A DNA stretch of 64,000 bases. It comes from Macrostomum hystrix (lineage: Eukaryota > Animalia > Platyhelminthes). The position numbers and the translations under genes were made by a program. Below the pieces are notes generated by a model. The model had not been told where the DNA came from, made no database searches, and saw only the letters and a program-made list of their open reading frames with translations. How positions within the stretch are numbered: position 1 is the stretch's first letter; each line of letters begins with the position of its first letter. The stretch is from the NCBI GenBank assembly GCA_950097015.1, contig CATNEN010000003.1, forward strand, positions 2,232,001-2,296,000, in the 5' to 3' direction. Of this stretch, positions 35,172-45,289 are shown in pieces.

Positions 35172-38100
35172 CTAACGTCTAGTACAAAATCGCACCACTC
35201 TGCTTAGAAAACGTTGAGGCTTGCGCACCTGACGACCGGAACGGGTCGTCATGACCGGAGAAAGTGTGGAACCAGCACTTGCCGGTTCACTTGGTGCCAC
35301 CAAGTCCTCAGCTTGTTGACCTGCGCCGGAACTTTCCACGGCGTCTTCATTTAATGACGCCCCAGGCCTGGTGTCACTGTTATCACCTAAGCCTTTCGAG
35401 CTTATACTTTCGTTTACTGCTGCAATGGTACTGTTGGAGTGAATCACCTGGGGTTCAAACCCCTGTTCAGCTAGGATTTGCACCTCCGCTCCAACCTCAG
35501 GTACTTCATCCGGCCGCATCACTACAAGAGAAGTTTCCAAGGCTTCTGGCGGCGAATCCGGAGGCAAGGTGCGTCGTGAGTCAGGCGAAGTCACACGCGG
35601 TGGGTCAGTCGGCAAGATGTGTTGTGGTTCAGGCGACGATGCGCGCCGTGGCTCAGGCGGCTCGGTGCGTGCTGACACAACCGACACCGCAGCGTAAGAT
35701 GGACATCGGACTTCGTCCTCTGAGGAGTACGAAATTTCACTGGCGCGTTTTTCGCATGGGTGATACTCTTCTGACTCGCTGGTCGTTCCTGGACTAGGGT
35801 CAGCTCGACCCACTGACTGATCATCTAACAGGCCCAACCGCGATGGTGGGATCATGGCTGGAACCCTCAGTCCAAATCTGTCCACAACGTCCTGATACGT
35901 CTGTTTACGAATGCAGCGCTTAATGCGGTCTACATTGTAAATGTTGTGATTCGGATTCGGGGCTTGACAAAGTGGGTTAACCCGAGCGAACTCGGGTATG
36001 AGGCGGTAGTTTCGCTCGGAAATCTTTTGAACCACCTTGTACGGCCCCAGCCACACAGCCGTGTCCAATCCTCGATGGTCAGGATTCAGAACCCAGACAA
36101 GTTCGCCGATTTCGAAGTTAGAATGGATGGCGTTGCGGTCATAATTCCGTTTTTGCCTTTGCTGGGCCTTGCCTCGCACCTGACGAGCAATTGCAGACAC
36201 CTCCACCAAGAGTTTGTGAAGCCTGTGGGCGTAGGAGTCTGGATTATACCGGTCTTGTCTTGGAGGGTTGAACTTTAGATCCAGTGGCAGGGTGAGCTCG
36301 CGGCCAAAGAAGAGCCTGGCTGGAGTCCATCCTGTTGATTCGGCCGTGGTGCTTCTGATAGAGAGGCCTACTAGCTGGGCTGCAAACGGCCAGTTTATTC
36401 TTTTTTCAAGGCAAACAGCGCGGATCTGGGCTTTGATCGTCTGCACTGTTCGCTCCGCTTTGCCGTTTGCCTGTGGTCTGCGCGCGGTGATTCGCGATAG
36501 GTCTACTTCTAGTAGACGGGCGAGTTCGGCAATGGTCTTGTTTACAAACGCTGTTCCATTATCTGAAATCAAGCTCTCCATGGCACCATAGCGGACAACC
36601 CACTCAGTTAGAATGGCTGTAGCCGTTGTTTCGGCAGACACGTCAGAGACAGGTATGATCTCCACAAATCCTGAAAAATTGTCGACTAAGATTAGCAGGT
36701 ACCGACTGCCGTCTAGTTCAGGGAATGGACCGGCGTGGTCTGCATGTACGATTTGATTCGGGTATCCTGATTGGATTGGTTTCAGAGGTTCTTTATTCAA
36801 GCGTTTGCTTTTCTTCGTCCGACTACAGATCTCGCACTCCGCTATTACACCTTTGACAAACACTTCCAGGTTTGTGATTTGAAACCTCTGCTTCAATGCT
36901 CGGACTGTTTTACCAGTTCCACAGTGGTTGATTTCCCTGTGATAGCAGGACACTAGCTCGTCGATATCCGCAGTTTCAGGTATAATGACGAGACGTTTGG
37001 CTATTTGACCTTGCTTGGCGGGCTTGACGCGAATCAACAGACCGTCCCCAACCTCAAGCTCGTCAAACATGGCCCACAACGTTCGGATTTCACGACTACA
37101 GTCCTGAACTTCCTCTTTCTTTAGCTTCGGAGATTTCCCTGCAACAGCTTCGATGAGCCTGACTAGGTCCGTGCTAGACTCTTGTGCATCTCTGGCCCAA
37201 ATGTTCTCAGCTTCCTGAGACATCTCATCTTCGTCTGAGTCTTCTTCCAATTGTTCTACTTGACCTGCCCGAGACGCGTGTTGGCCTTGATTGACTCCGA
37301 TCTCACCTGACATCTGAGATATGGGAGCAAGCGCAAACTGATTTTCTGACACCTCATTGGGTTGGTAAGATAGTACGGTTGCAGATGATGGTAATGTGCA
37401 TGTACTGTCCTGTTGTACAGAGATGTGTGATGTTCGACTGATTACATTTGGTTGCTCCGTTTGCGTTTCTGTTGTCATCATTTCTGCGTCGGCTTCATGT
37501 CTATCTCTGGCCGTCACTTCAGTTTTAGTGACTACAGAGTCGCTACCTGACTGAGGTTGTGTCTTGCAGAGTTCTGGTGGTGGTTCTGTTTGACTGGAAG
37601 TGTCTGTTCGTGTGGCTCTCAGTTGTACTGGTACCTGGACGAACTCTTGATCCTTCTGGTTTTCTTGTCCTTCTAAGCTTCTAAACTTCTCATTGAAAGC
37701 TTCGATCTGGCTACATGTAGGACAGTCGTGATGGTCAGCCCTAAATCTTGGATTACGACTGAGCACATCTGCGTTGACATGCTTGACTCCTGCACGATGC
37801 TCAACAGAGAAGTCATATTCAGCCAGCCGCTCTAGGGGTGTTTGACTCACGCTGAAGTCATACACCTCGATCGTAGCTAGCCATTGTGCTAGCATACCTG
37901 TGGAATGCTTCTTAGTGTGTAGCCATTGTAGGGCGGCTGCGTCTGAGCGCACAAGAAACTTGCGGTCCAGCAGATATGTTCGAAAATGTTCCAGCATGAT
38001 GACAAGTCCAAGTAATTCACGCATCGTGGCGCAGTAATTCCTCTGCGATTGTGTGAATTTTTTCGAAGCATACGCAACGACGTGCTCCTGACCACCTGGA

Positions 38101-39608
38101 CCTTCTTGTGACAAAACGCCGCCAACTCCTTCAAGCGAGGAGTCGCAATCTAAGATGAAGAGCCCAGCTGACGGACTGAGGTCAGGGTACGCAAGGATTG
38201 GAGGCGCGCACAGATTTGCTTTCAGCTCTTCGAAAGCTTTGTCATGCTGCTCCAGCCAGCAGAATGTCGACGATCCTTTAGCTAGCGCATACAGCGGCGA
38301 TGCGATCACGGAAAAACGTTGCACGAACTTTCTATAGTAGTTCGCGAATCCTAGGAACGCTAATAATTGCTTTTTATCTGATGGTTTGCACCAATTCTTT
38401 ACCGCGTCGATCTTTGCTGGGTCGGCTTCAATTCCTTGAGCTGAAACAACGAAGCCTAAGAACCGAACGCGATCCTTGAAAAGCTCACATTTAGCTGGTT
38501 TAATTTTTAAGTTTGCCTTTTTAAGTTGCCAGAGGACAAGCGCCAAGTGGACGATCATTTCGTCATTGTCCCTGGCCTTTATGATTATATCGTCAAGATA
38601 GATAAGACTCACGCGCATGAGTAAAGGCCTGAACACCCTGTGCATCAACTTGGCAAAGTTTGCCGGTGCTGTCTTGATGCCAAAGGGTACGACCTTCCAT
38701 CGGAAAGTGCCCTGGGGGCATGAGAATGCTGTGATGTCTCGATCGCATTCGCGAATACCTACTTGCCAATAAGCTGCGGTGAGATCTAAACTGGAAAATA
38801 TTTTCGACTCTGCTAGGCTATCAAACGATTCTTCTATTAGTGGTAAAGGAAAGGTGCATGGCTTGATTACTTTGTTGACCTGTCGATAGTCAATACACAG
38901 GCGTTGGGAACCATCTTTTTTCCGAACTAAGACTATTGGAGAGGACCACTCAGAGTCGCACTCTTCAATGATTCCTTGATTGACTAACTGGCTTATATGT
39001 TTGTCTAAAAATTCCTTCTGCGAGGGGGTCGTGCGCCTAGATGGCTGCCAGATAGGGCGGCAAGCCGACTCCTGCAGCTCAATTGTCATCTCATGTACAT
39101 GTGTTTTTCCTAGGTCTGTTTCGCTAAGCGATATCTGACTACTAAAATAGTTCAGCAGCTTAAGTGTTACTGTCAGCTGGTTCTTCGATAGGGTGGTCTC
39201 ATTGAGCTTAAACTGTGTAGTCAGCCAAGATGCTATTCCTGGGTCTGGGTCAGGGAGTTTTGCAAGCTTGGCTCCAAGATCTTCAGAGCTGCTGATGGAG
39301 AAATCTTTCTCAGATACAGGCGTGACAGAAATTGAATCCCCATGTTCAAGGCTCCTAAAAGAGGCGATTTCCTGCCCCATGGAGATCGATGATGGCTGGT
39401 CACTACTGTTTAATAGGCGCACGAGTACATGGTTAGTGGTGCTTACACTGTCAACGGAGTGTGCTACAAACAGCTCTGAGTCCCGGCAGAAGAGTTTAGT
39501 GCCTAGAACACCCTGAGTACCAGGATCAGCACCTGAGACCCGGCTTGGCACCATAGTCTCTGACCTGGGGAGTAGCTGCACGTTGCAGGCGGCTGTGACT
39601 CTGCGTGC
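35172..39608 (-). CDS. pol: Gypsy Pol (RT, RNase H, integrase), intact; in frame with Gag-PR after a single UAG
   Basis: WSSPIVLV, LCIDYR, YLDD, RH LDCDSS/ELLG/RSD, HHCC finger, integrase D(HAG)-D(NG)-E(RT), GPY motif, terminal TRSGRQVRKP. Confidence 0.96.
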   Translation of the reverse strand, partial: ARRVTAACNVQLLPRSETMVPSRVSGADPGTQGVLGTKLFCRDSELFVAHSVDSVSTTNHVLVRLLNSSDQPSSISMGQEIASFRSLEHGDSISVTPVSEKDFSISSSEDLGAKLAKLPDPDPGIASWLTTQFKLNETTLSKNQLTVTLKLLNYFSSQISLSETDLGKTHVHEMTIELQESACRPIWQPSRRTTPSQKEFLDKHISQLVNQGIIEECDSEWSSPIVLVRKKDGSQRLCIDYRQVNKVIKPCTFPLPLIEESFDSLAESKIFSSLDLTAAYWQVGIRECDRDITAFSCPQGTFRWKVVPFGIKTAPANFAKLMHRVFRPLLMRVSLIYLDDIIIKARDNDEMIVHLALVLWQLKKANLKIKPAKCELFKDRVRFLGFVVSAQGIEADPAKIDAVKNWCKPSDKKQLLAFLGFANYYRKFVQRFSVIASPLYALAKGSSTFCWLEQHDKAFEELKANLCAPPILAYPDLSPSAGLFILDCDSSLEGVGGVLSQEGPGGQEHVVAYASKKFTQSQRNYCATMRELLGLVIMLEHFRTYLLDRKFLVRSDAAALQWLHTKKHSTGMLAQWLATIEVYDFSVSQTPLERLAEYDFSVEHRAGVKHVNADVLSRNPRFRADHHDCPTCSQIEAFNEKFRSLEGQENQKDQEFVQVPVQLRATRTDTSSQTEPPPELCKTQPQSGSDSVVTKTEVTARDRHEADAEMMTTETQTEQPNVISRTSHISVQQDSTCTLPSSATVLSYQPNEVSENQFALAPISQMSGEIGVNQGQHASRAGQVEQLEEDSDEDEMSQEAENIWARDAQESSTDLVRLIEAVAGKSPKLKKEEVQDCSREIRTLWAMFDELEVGDGLLIRVKPAKQGQIAKRLVIIPETADIDELVSCYHREINHCGTGKTVRALKQRFQITNLEVFVKGVIAECEICSRTKKSKRLNKEPLKPIQSGYPNQIVHADHAGPFPELDGSRYLLILVDNFSGFVEIIPVSDVSAETTATAILTEWVVRYGAMESLISDNGTAFVNKTIAELARLLEVDLSRITARRPQANGKAERTVQTIKAQIRAVCLEKRINWPFAAQLVGLSIRSTTAESTGWTPARLFFGRELTLPLDLKFNPPRQDRYNPDSYAHRLHKLLVEVSAIARQVRGKAQQRQKRNYDRNAIHSNFEIGELVWVLNPDHRGLDTAVWLGPYKVVQKISERNYRLIPEFARVNPLCQAPNPNHNIYNVDRIKRCIRKQTYQDVVDRFGLRVPAMIPPSRLGLLDDQSVGRADPSPGTTSESEEYHPCEKRASEISYSSEDEVRCPSYAAVSVVSARTEPPEPRRASSPEPQHILPTDPPRVTSPDSRRTLPPDSPPEALETSLVVMRPDEVPEVGAEVQILAEQGFEPQVIHSNSTIAAVNESISSKGLGDNSDTRPGASLNEDAVESSGAGQQAEDLVAPSEPASAGSTLSPVMTTRSGRQVRKPQRFLSRVVRFCTRR

Positions 39609-41372
39609 CTAGAAAACTCCCTTGTCACCTTCAATGACTGGTACAGGCTCTCCAGCTACAGTTACCTGACCATCAGCAACAAGCAAGTTAACGCTAAAAC
39701 TTCTCATAAAGTCTATTCCTAACAGCAAATCTGAAACCTGACCTTCCGTTACCAGGAAAACGTGGGTCTGCTTCTTCTTTCCAAGTTTGACCTCACAGTG
39801 AAGCGTGCCCAAAATCTGTGACGAGGTTCCATTGAATGCTGTCGCGGCTTGGTATTGTCTAGCAGGGACAAATTTGTGATTTATGGGATCATTTGCGATC
39901 AGCTGGTCCTTGATTTTAGTTCCAACGACACTAGCATTGCAACCTGAATCAAGGCAAGCGATGTACTTATCGTTACCTATTTCTAACTGCACGAACATGC
40001 TGGACTCGACTCTAGCCTCGTTAGTCAGCGTTTGATCACAACGGACAGGGAATGGATAGCGGCAGACTCCTATCGCCTTATCTCGGTTGTGAGCTGGGTC
40101 CGTTTGACGCCAGAACTGTACGATTGTGCCTACCAGTTGGCGCCGATTGGCTAACTGTTGTAGCTCATTGTCTAAGCTGGATTGATGAAAGAAGATGGAG
40201 CCTGGTATTTGGCTTGGTTGGATGAAGCCAAATCCAGTCTTCAAAGCCGTGATGGTACCTGTCTCCATCACCTGACTCTGAGAAACGATGGTGTTTGGTC
40301 TTCCACCACCTGTACCGCCGAAGGGCAATGGCTGTGGGCAGTCCGCGGTACGATGATCACCAGCACCGCATCGGTTGCAGGACCTGCGCATCTTGCGAGA
40401 TTGGTGACTTTTTTGGGTCCTATAACTATCCATTTTGTGTGTCTGTGGTCCTTGGTCACTGGTAGAGTTAAGATTTGCATGCCCTTTTAATTGGGACTCT
40501 GTCTGGAAGGCTGGCGAAGAAGCCTGATTTTGCTGAAGCAGTTTCTCTAGTTCACGAACACGGGCTTCCAGCTCTGCTGTTCTGTCAGGAGCTGCTGTCC
40601 TTACAACAAGAGGGACAGTTTCACCGGACAGGAGCTTCTTGACGCCTGCTATTTCCCTAGCCTTCTTTGCAAGATCTTCAGCTGTCCATGATGGGTTCTC
40701 TTGCCCAAGAAGTATCAGCCTTTCTGCAAGGGCCTTGTCTCGCAGCCCATAGCAGAACCTTGCTCGGACTAGAGGTTCAGCATCACATTTTTTCCTGTTC
40801 GCTGTTTTCGACAGCCTTATCAACCTGTCAAAGAACTCTTGTGTGGATTCCAGATTTGTCTGAGTCGCGGCAGCTAGTTCTAAAAAGCTCTTATGTTCAG
40901 TTCCTGAGTCTGTGAATCGCTCTTTAAGCCTCATCAGAGCTGTCTGAATGGATTCATGGTGCAATGAGTTGTTGAATATGAATTCTTGGCACTCAGGTGC
41001 CAGCATGGACAGCAGGACTGCTGGTTGTTGTGGGGTTGGCACGTGGTGTGCATCAACATACGTTAGGAACTGTGTTTCCCAAAGCTCGAAATTCATTTCT
41101 GGTTGGAATGGTGGTGGTGGTCGCAGTTTAGGGCTTGAATTAGAGATTTTCTCAGCTGCTGTTGATGCTTCTCTGTCACACGTTTTTTCTAGTATCATAG
41201 TCAGAGTCTGGAGCACTTTTTGCAGTTCTAACTGGCCTACATTTACTTCAGGTGGCTTCACATCATTGTTCCCTCCTGGTGGAGCTGACTGAGTTTGGTT
41301 GTCTCCTGCCTGTAGGTTCACTTGAGCTCCAGCACCATCAGGCGGCAGTGCCTCGTCACCCTCTCCGATCAT
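39609..41372 (-). CDS. gag: Gag-protease with CCHC knuckle and an inserted cold-shock domain
   Basis: Capsid-like region (FCYGLRD), CNRCGAGDHRTADC, CSD (METGTITALKTGFGFI...IFFHQS...KAIGV; 40062-40268), protease LDSG...LLLGIDF. Confidence 0.93.
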   Translation of the reverse strand: MIGEGDEALPPDGAGAQVNLQAGDNQTQSAPPGGNNDVKPPEVNVGQLELQKVLQTLTMILEKTCDREASTAAEKISNSSPKLRPPPPFQPEMNFELWETQFLTYVDAHHVPTPQQPAVLLSMLAPECQEFIFNNSLHHESIQTALMRLKERFTDSGTEHKSFLELAAATQTNLESTQEFFDRLIRLSKTANRKKCDAEPLVRARFCYGLRDKALAERLILLGQENPSWTAEDLAKKAREIAGVKKLLSGETVPLVVRTAAPDRTAELEARVRELEKLLQQNQASSPAFQTESQLKGHANLNSTSDQGPQTHKMDSYRTQKSHQSRKMRRSCNRCGAGDHRTADCPQPLPFGGTGGGRPNTIVSQSQVMETGTITALKTGFGFIQPSQIPGSIFFHQSSLDNELQQLANRRQLVGTIVQFWRQTDPAHNRDKAIGVCRYPFPVRCDQTLTNEARVESSMFVQLEIGNDKYIACLDSGCNASVVGTKIKDQLIANDPINHKFVPARQYQAATAFNGTSSQILGTLHCEVKLGKKKQTHVFLVTEGQVSDLLLGIDFMRSFSVNLLVADGQVTVAGEPVPVIEGDKGVF

Positions 41373-43773
41373 TTAGAGAAGCGGAATGAGAATAGGAAAA
41401 GAGGAGATGGAAGGTTAAAGGTGAAGGCAGACACAGAATTGTCTGGCAGAGAAAGAGGCCCCTACTCAAATTCTTGGAAACGCTGGCGAACGACCAAAAT
41501 TTTATGTGCTAAACTCTGCCAGACGGGCCCTATACAAAAAATTATTTCTAAGCCTAAAAACGAGACAGCCTCACCAAGCCAGTACTGCCAGTGCCGCGGC
41601 GTGTTGAGCTCGTGGGGGTGTTGTCGCTCTGGCTGAGGACGTACAATTAACGTTGGACTTGCGGTCGGACACTGGTTAGGTCGTCTCTGATTGGTTGGCA
41701 GGTAATCAGCCAATTAGGTTGCTCCGACTTCTAACTTCTAGCTTCTAGTATTCCAAACTAGGCAGTCACAGCTAGGCAAACAGGCAACTATGACGGTGCA
41801 TATGCCCTTTAAGTCGGAACTTGCTGTTGGTCAGGGTTAGACGCCGATGTTGATGTGTAGTCAGTAGCAGTGTAGAAGTGTAGTAGTGTAGCGGTAGCGG
41901 TAGCAATTTTGTTCTTGTCTTCGAGGTGGGACCCTCCAAATTTATGTGACGAATAAAGGTTAGTGTAGCGGTAATATCGTCGAATTATTTGATATAAATG
42001 TGTATATATATTTCCAAAGTAATCTCGATGCTCACACGCTCGACACAAGGCAGGGCAGAGCAGAAAAATATACATACGTTGCTTTTTAAAAAGGACAGCT
42101 AATTCTTAGAATGATACAATATAACAATAATTAGTAAACATGCTTAGCATATAAATAATAATCTTGTCAGCAACTTGTAATGTAGCGAATTACTATAAAA
42201 TAAATAAGCAATTAAACTACCAATTAAACTACAATTAAAGGTTACACCGTCACAGGGGAACCATTACATAGGAATTGAGAAAGATTGAAAAAGTTGCTTT
42301 AACCCTACACAGTCCCTAGCACCTAGCACCTTTGACTTTTTGTACCTGTCTTTGGGGATAGTCTGTCTCTGCTGGCTACCCATGAATGTTGTTTTCAAGC
42401 AGCAGTTAATAAAGAAAATTGTATAGGCTCTAGGCCTACAAACACTGCACTATCAATACAAATATTGATTCTGTCAAAGTCTATTAACACCATTCAGTCA
42501 AAAATGTTTATTGAATAGGGCCTATTGAATAATTATTGAAATTCATTCTTCCAAGTCTTTCATGTCAAAGTAAACAATCATTTTAATTTCTTCAGGTCAA
42601 AGTAAAGCAATTGCAAGTTTTCTACTTGTAGTAGTGCATATGCATTTTGCATATCATATGAATCCTTTCTGGGAAATTCCTTTGGAGCATCAAATTAAAT
42701 TTATAATTTGGGTGTAGCACTGTAGCCCTACTATACTATAACCTCCATCTAACTTCTAGTCGTAATTTAGTAGCTTACATAGTTTTAAAAAATCTTATAG
42801 TGCATTAGCCAATTCATTTTAAGTTCTAACATTTTTCTAACATTTAATATAACATTAGGGTAAGGCCCTATGAATTAGAAATAATATTAGGCGGCATAGG
42901 CCTATAATTAAATATGTTCAATGTATATATTACATACAAATTCTATAAATTAATATATAAAAATGTCCAATGACAATAGTTTTATTCAAAATTAGCTTAT
43001 TTACTTTAGCTAAAAATTCAGTTTTCTGAGATCACATGGTACATATAAACCATTTCAATTAAGAAATGAGGATTTTTAGGTAGACATTTTGACTTTGACT
43101 TTTGATTTAAACTATAGTTTAATAAAATTAAACAATGGCTTAATTGTTGTAATAGCTTCTTATTATCTGAAATTGATAACCTTCTGATTTCATTTCTGTT
43201 TATTTTGATTTAGCAATATTAGTATGTATAGGTTGTTGCTTTTCAACTATTTCCTTGACCATACAAGTTAGATCCTATAGCTAGATCCATATTTTTCTTT
43301 TTTCCAACTAATCATGCCATCATGGTTCTAACAATCTCTTATATAGTCACAATAAGTTTGAATTCTTATTTGAAAATAGTTGTGGGATTAATTATAGGTT
43401 TTTGGTGTGGGGCAGTAGTAACAAGTATAGCCATAACTATAGCAGTAATACAATTTGTTTATTTTTTTAATTAAGTTTGTTTACTAATTGGCACTTTTTG
43501 GTGAAAACATGATAAAAATTTGTCAAATTATTCCATTACTTGCCTTTCTCTTATCTGATCCATTGATCTTTACCTTCCAGTTTGGGCCTACTTTGTCTTG
43601 CCAATCTTGTCCACATTGTCAATAGTTTATTTATTTAGGCTAACATGTTACAGATCTAGTTACATTTGGAATATTTTACTTTGGCCCATGTTTTGACAGT
43701 CACTGAGCAGCAAGTGTCAGTGCTAACAGGCTTGCTCAATGGTAACTATTAAAAATATCCTTAAAACTTCCAG

Positions 43774-45156
43774 TCATCTATCAGCAACTGTGGTGCTTTA
43801 GCAGTCTCACAAACTGCTGCCAGTGCCTCCATTCCTGCTGCTGTCCCCACAACTTCCACCTCTTCAAATGGCGCATTAGTGGCACACAAAGCAGCCCAGC
43901 GTCAAGATTCAACTGCTGTTATTCACGATGCTCGCGCTGTTCTGGAATTGTTTCTCAGTAGAAAGTGCGCAGCCGCAGCTGCGGCGGCCGCCGCTGTTGC
44001 TGTAGACAGTAGCATAGGCGAGACTCGATCCTTGGACAATTTCTTCGATGGTCTGTCGACATCCATTTCCGAGCCAGTTGGTTTCGCAACGCCGCCAGCT
44101 GCTGCGGTCGCCACAGCTCCTTTAGGCTCGGTGGAAAGCTTAAGTGATGATATCGAAGATTGTCCGCCTTTATTTGCCACAGCTTCGCCGCAATTATCTT
44201 CTGCAACAACACTTCAGCAGCAGCAGCAGCAAAAGCAACAGACTAGTACAATAGATAGTGGAGGTTATGAAACTGAGACGGACACTAAGCGCAGTCTTAA
44301 AATCGATTATTTAAATCGCAATTTTTTAAGACGTTTAAAATTGCCTAGTTTTCTAAGAAGGCGGGCATTCACCAGTTTGCATCAGCAACAGCAGCATGAA
44401 ATGACAAAAAATGGTAAAAAATCGTCAACTAACTCTAAGAAGCCCAATCGGATTAGGCATCAAAGTGAGCCGTCTGCTCAGACTCCACCGCCTTCATCGC
44501 TGCATCTGCTTCACCATAAGCCATTGCGCAAGCAAAAGATAGTGCAAGAATTTCGAGCCGTAGTGCAAACTAGTCCCAGTGGAACCATCACTGCTGGACA
44601 GCACAGCGGCAGCTGCGGCGATGCGGGCGCTTCTGAAGATGAAAGATTTGAACGGGTTGTACAATTGCTAGACTTTGTAGCTCACGACCTCATGGGCCAG
44701 CGACCGCCGCCGAAGCCTTTGCCAAATACTATTGCAACTAGTAGTAGTAGTAATACGGACTTTCGTTTGGATCGAGCAATGCACGAAAAGACTAGGCGCG
44801 TACGCGCTAAACAACAGCATCAATTGGCTGCGTCTGCCACTGTTGCGGACATAGACAATGCGGCACAGAATGACGCCCTACTAGAAGCCTTAGTTAAAGC
44901 AGCCTGCAATAAAGATCACAAAGAATTTAGTAGACTACTTGAATGCCGCTGCGAATTATTGGCCTGGCGCAGTGTGGCAATGCTTTATCACCTGACTAGG
45001 CTGATGTGCGCCAGGTGTCGTGGAGAGAAGCCATCAGAGGAGGCGGTTAAAGCCGCTTCTCTTTATTATTTTGAGAACCGATTTGCCCAATGGGTGGTTG
45101 CTCAAGGCGGCTGGCAGGCGGTAGTTGAGAATACCGAGGAGTCGGAGCTGGATTAA
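43774..45156 (+). CDS. Bcl-2 family protein, Bcl-G/BCL2L14-like (terminal coding exon; start upstream, not resolved)
   Basis: C-terminal BH2 YFENRFAQWVVAQGGWQAV; BH3-like FERVVQLLDFVAHDL; no C-terminal TM; the frame opens at a candidate acceptor CTTCCAG (43773). Confidence 0.7.
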   Translation, partial: SSISNCGALAVSQTAASASIPAAVPTTSTSSNGALVAHKAAQRQDSTAVIHDARAVLELFLSRKCAAAAAAAAAVAVDSSIGETRSLDNFFDGLSTSISEPVGFATPPAAAVATAPLGSVESLSDDIEDCPPLFATASPQLSSATTLQQQQQQKQQTSTIDSGGYETETDTKRSLKIDYLNRNFLRRLKLPSFLRRRAFTSLHQQQQHEMTKNGKKSSTNSKKPNRIRHQSEPSAQTPPPSSLHLLHHKPLRKQKIVQEFRAVVQTSPSGTITAGQHSGSCGDAGASEDERFERVVQLLDFVAHDLMGQRPPPKPLPNTIATSSSSNTDFRLDRAMHEKTRRVRAKQQHQLAASATVADIDNAAQNDALLEALVKAACNKDHKEFSRLLECRCELLAWRSVAMLYHLTRLMCARCRGEKPSEEAVKAASLYYFENRFAQWVVAQGGWQAVVENTEESELD

Positions 45157-45289
45157 ATCTATTTCTTTTATTTTGAAACACGTCTTCATTTTCTTTACTT
45201 GCGCATTTTGAATATTATACAAAAATTATTCGTTGTTCGATTTTACTTCAACACGCGTAGCTACTAAGCTACTGGTCTATATTTTATCT

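Larger units (their letters stand above)
33684..42254 (-). mobile_element. Full-length, very young Ty3/gypsy LTR retrotransposon (8.57 kb)
   Basis: 310-bp LTRs at 33684-33993 and 41945-42254, identical by eye (TGTGACG...CGTCACA); TSD GGGG; PBS TGGAGGGTCCCACC (tRNA-Gln-like); PPT GGGGAGGGAGGCGGG. Confidence 0.98.
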
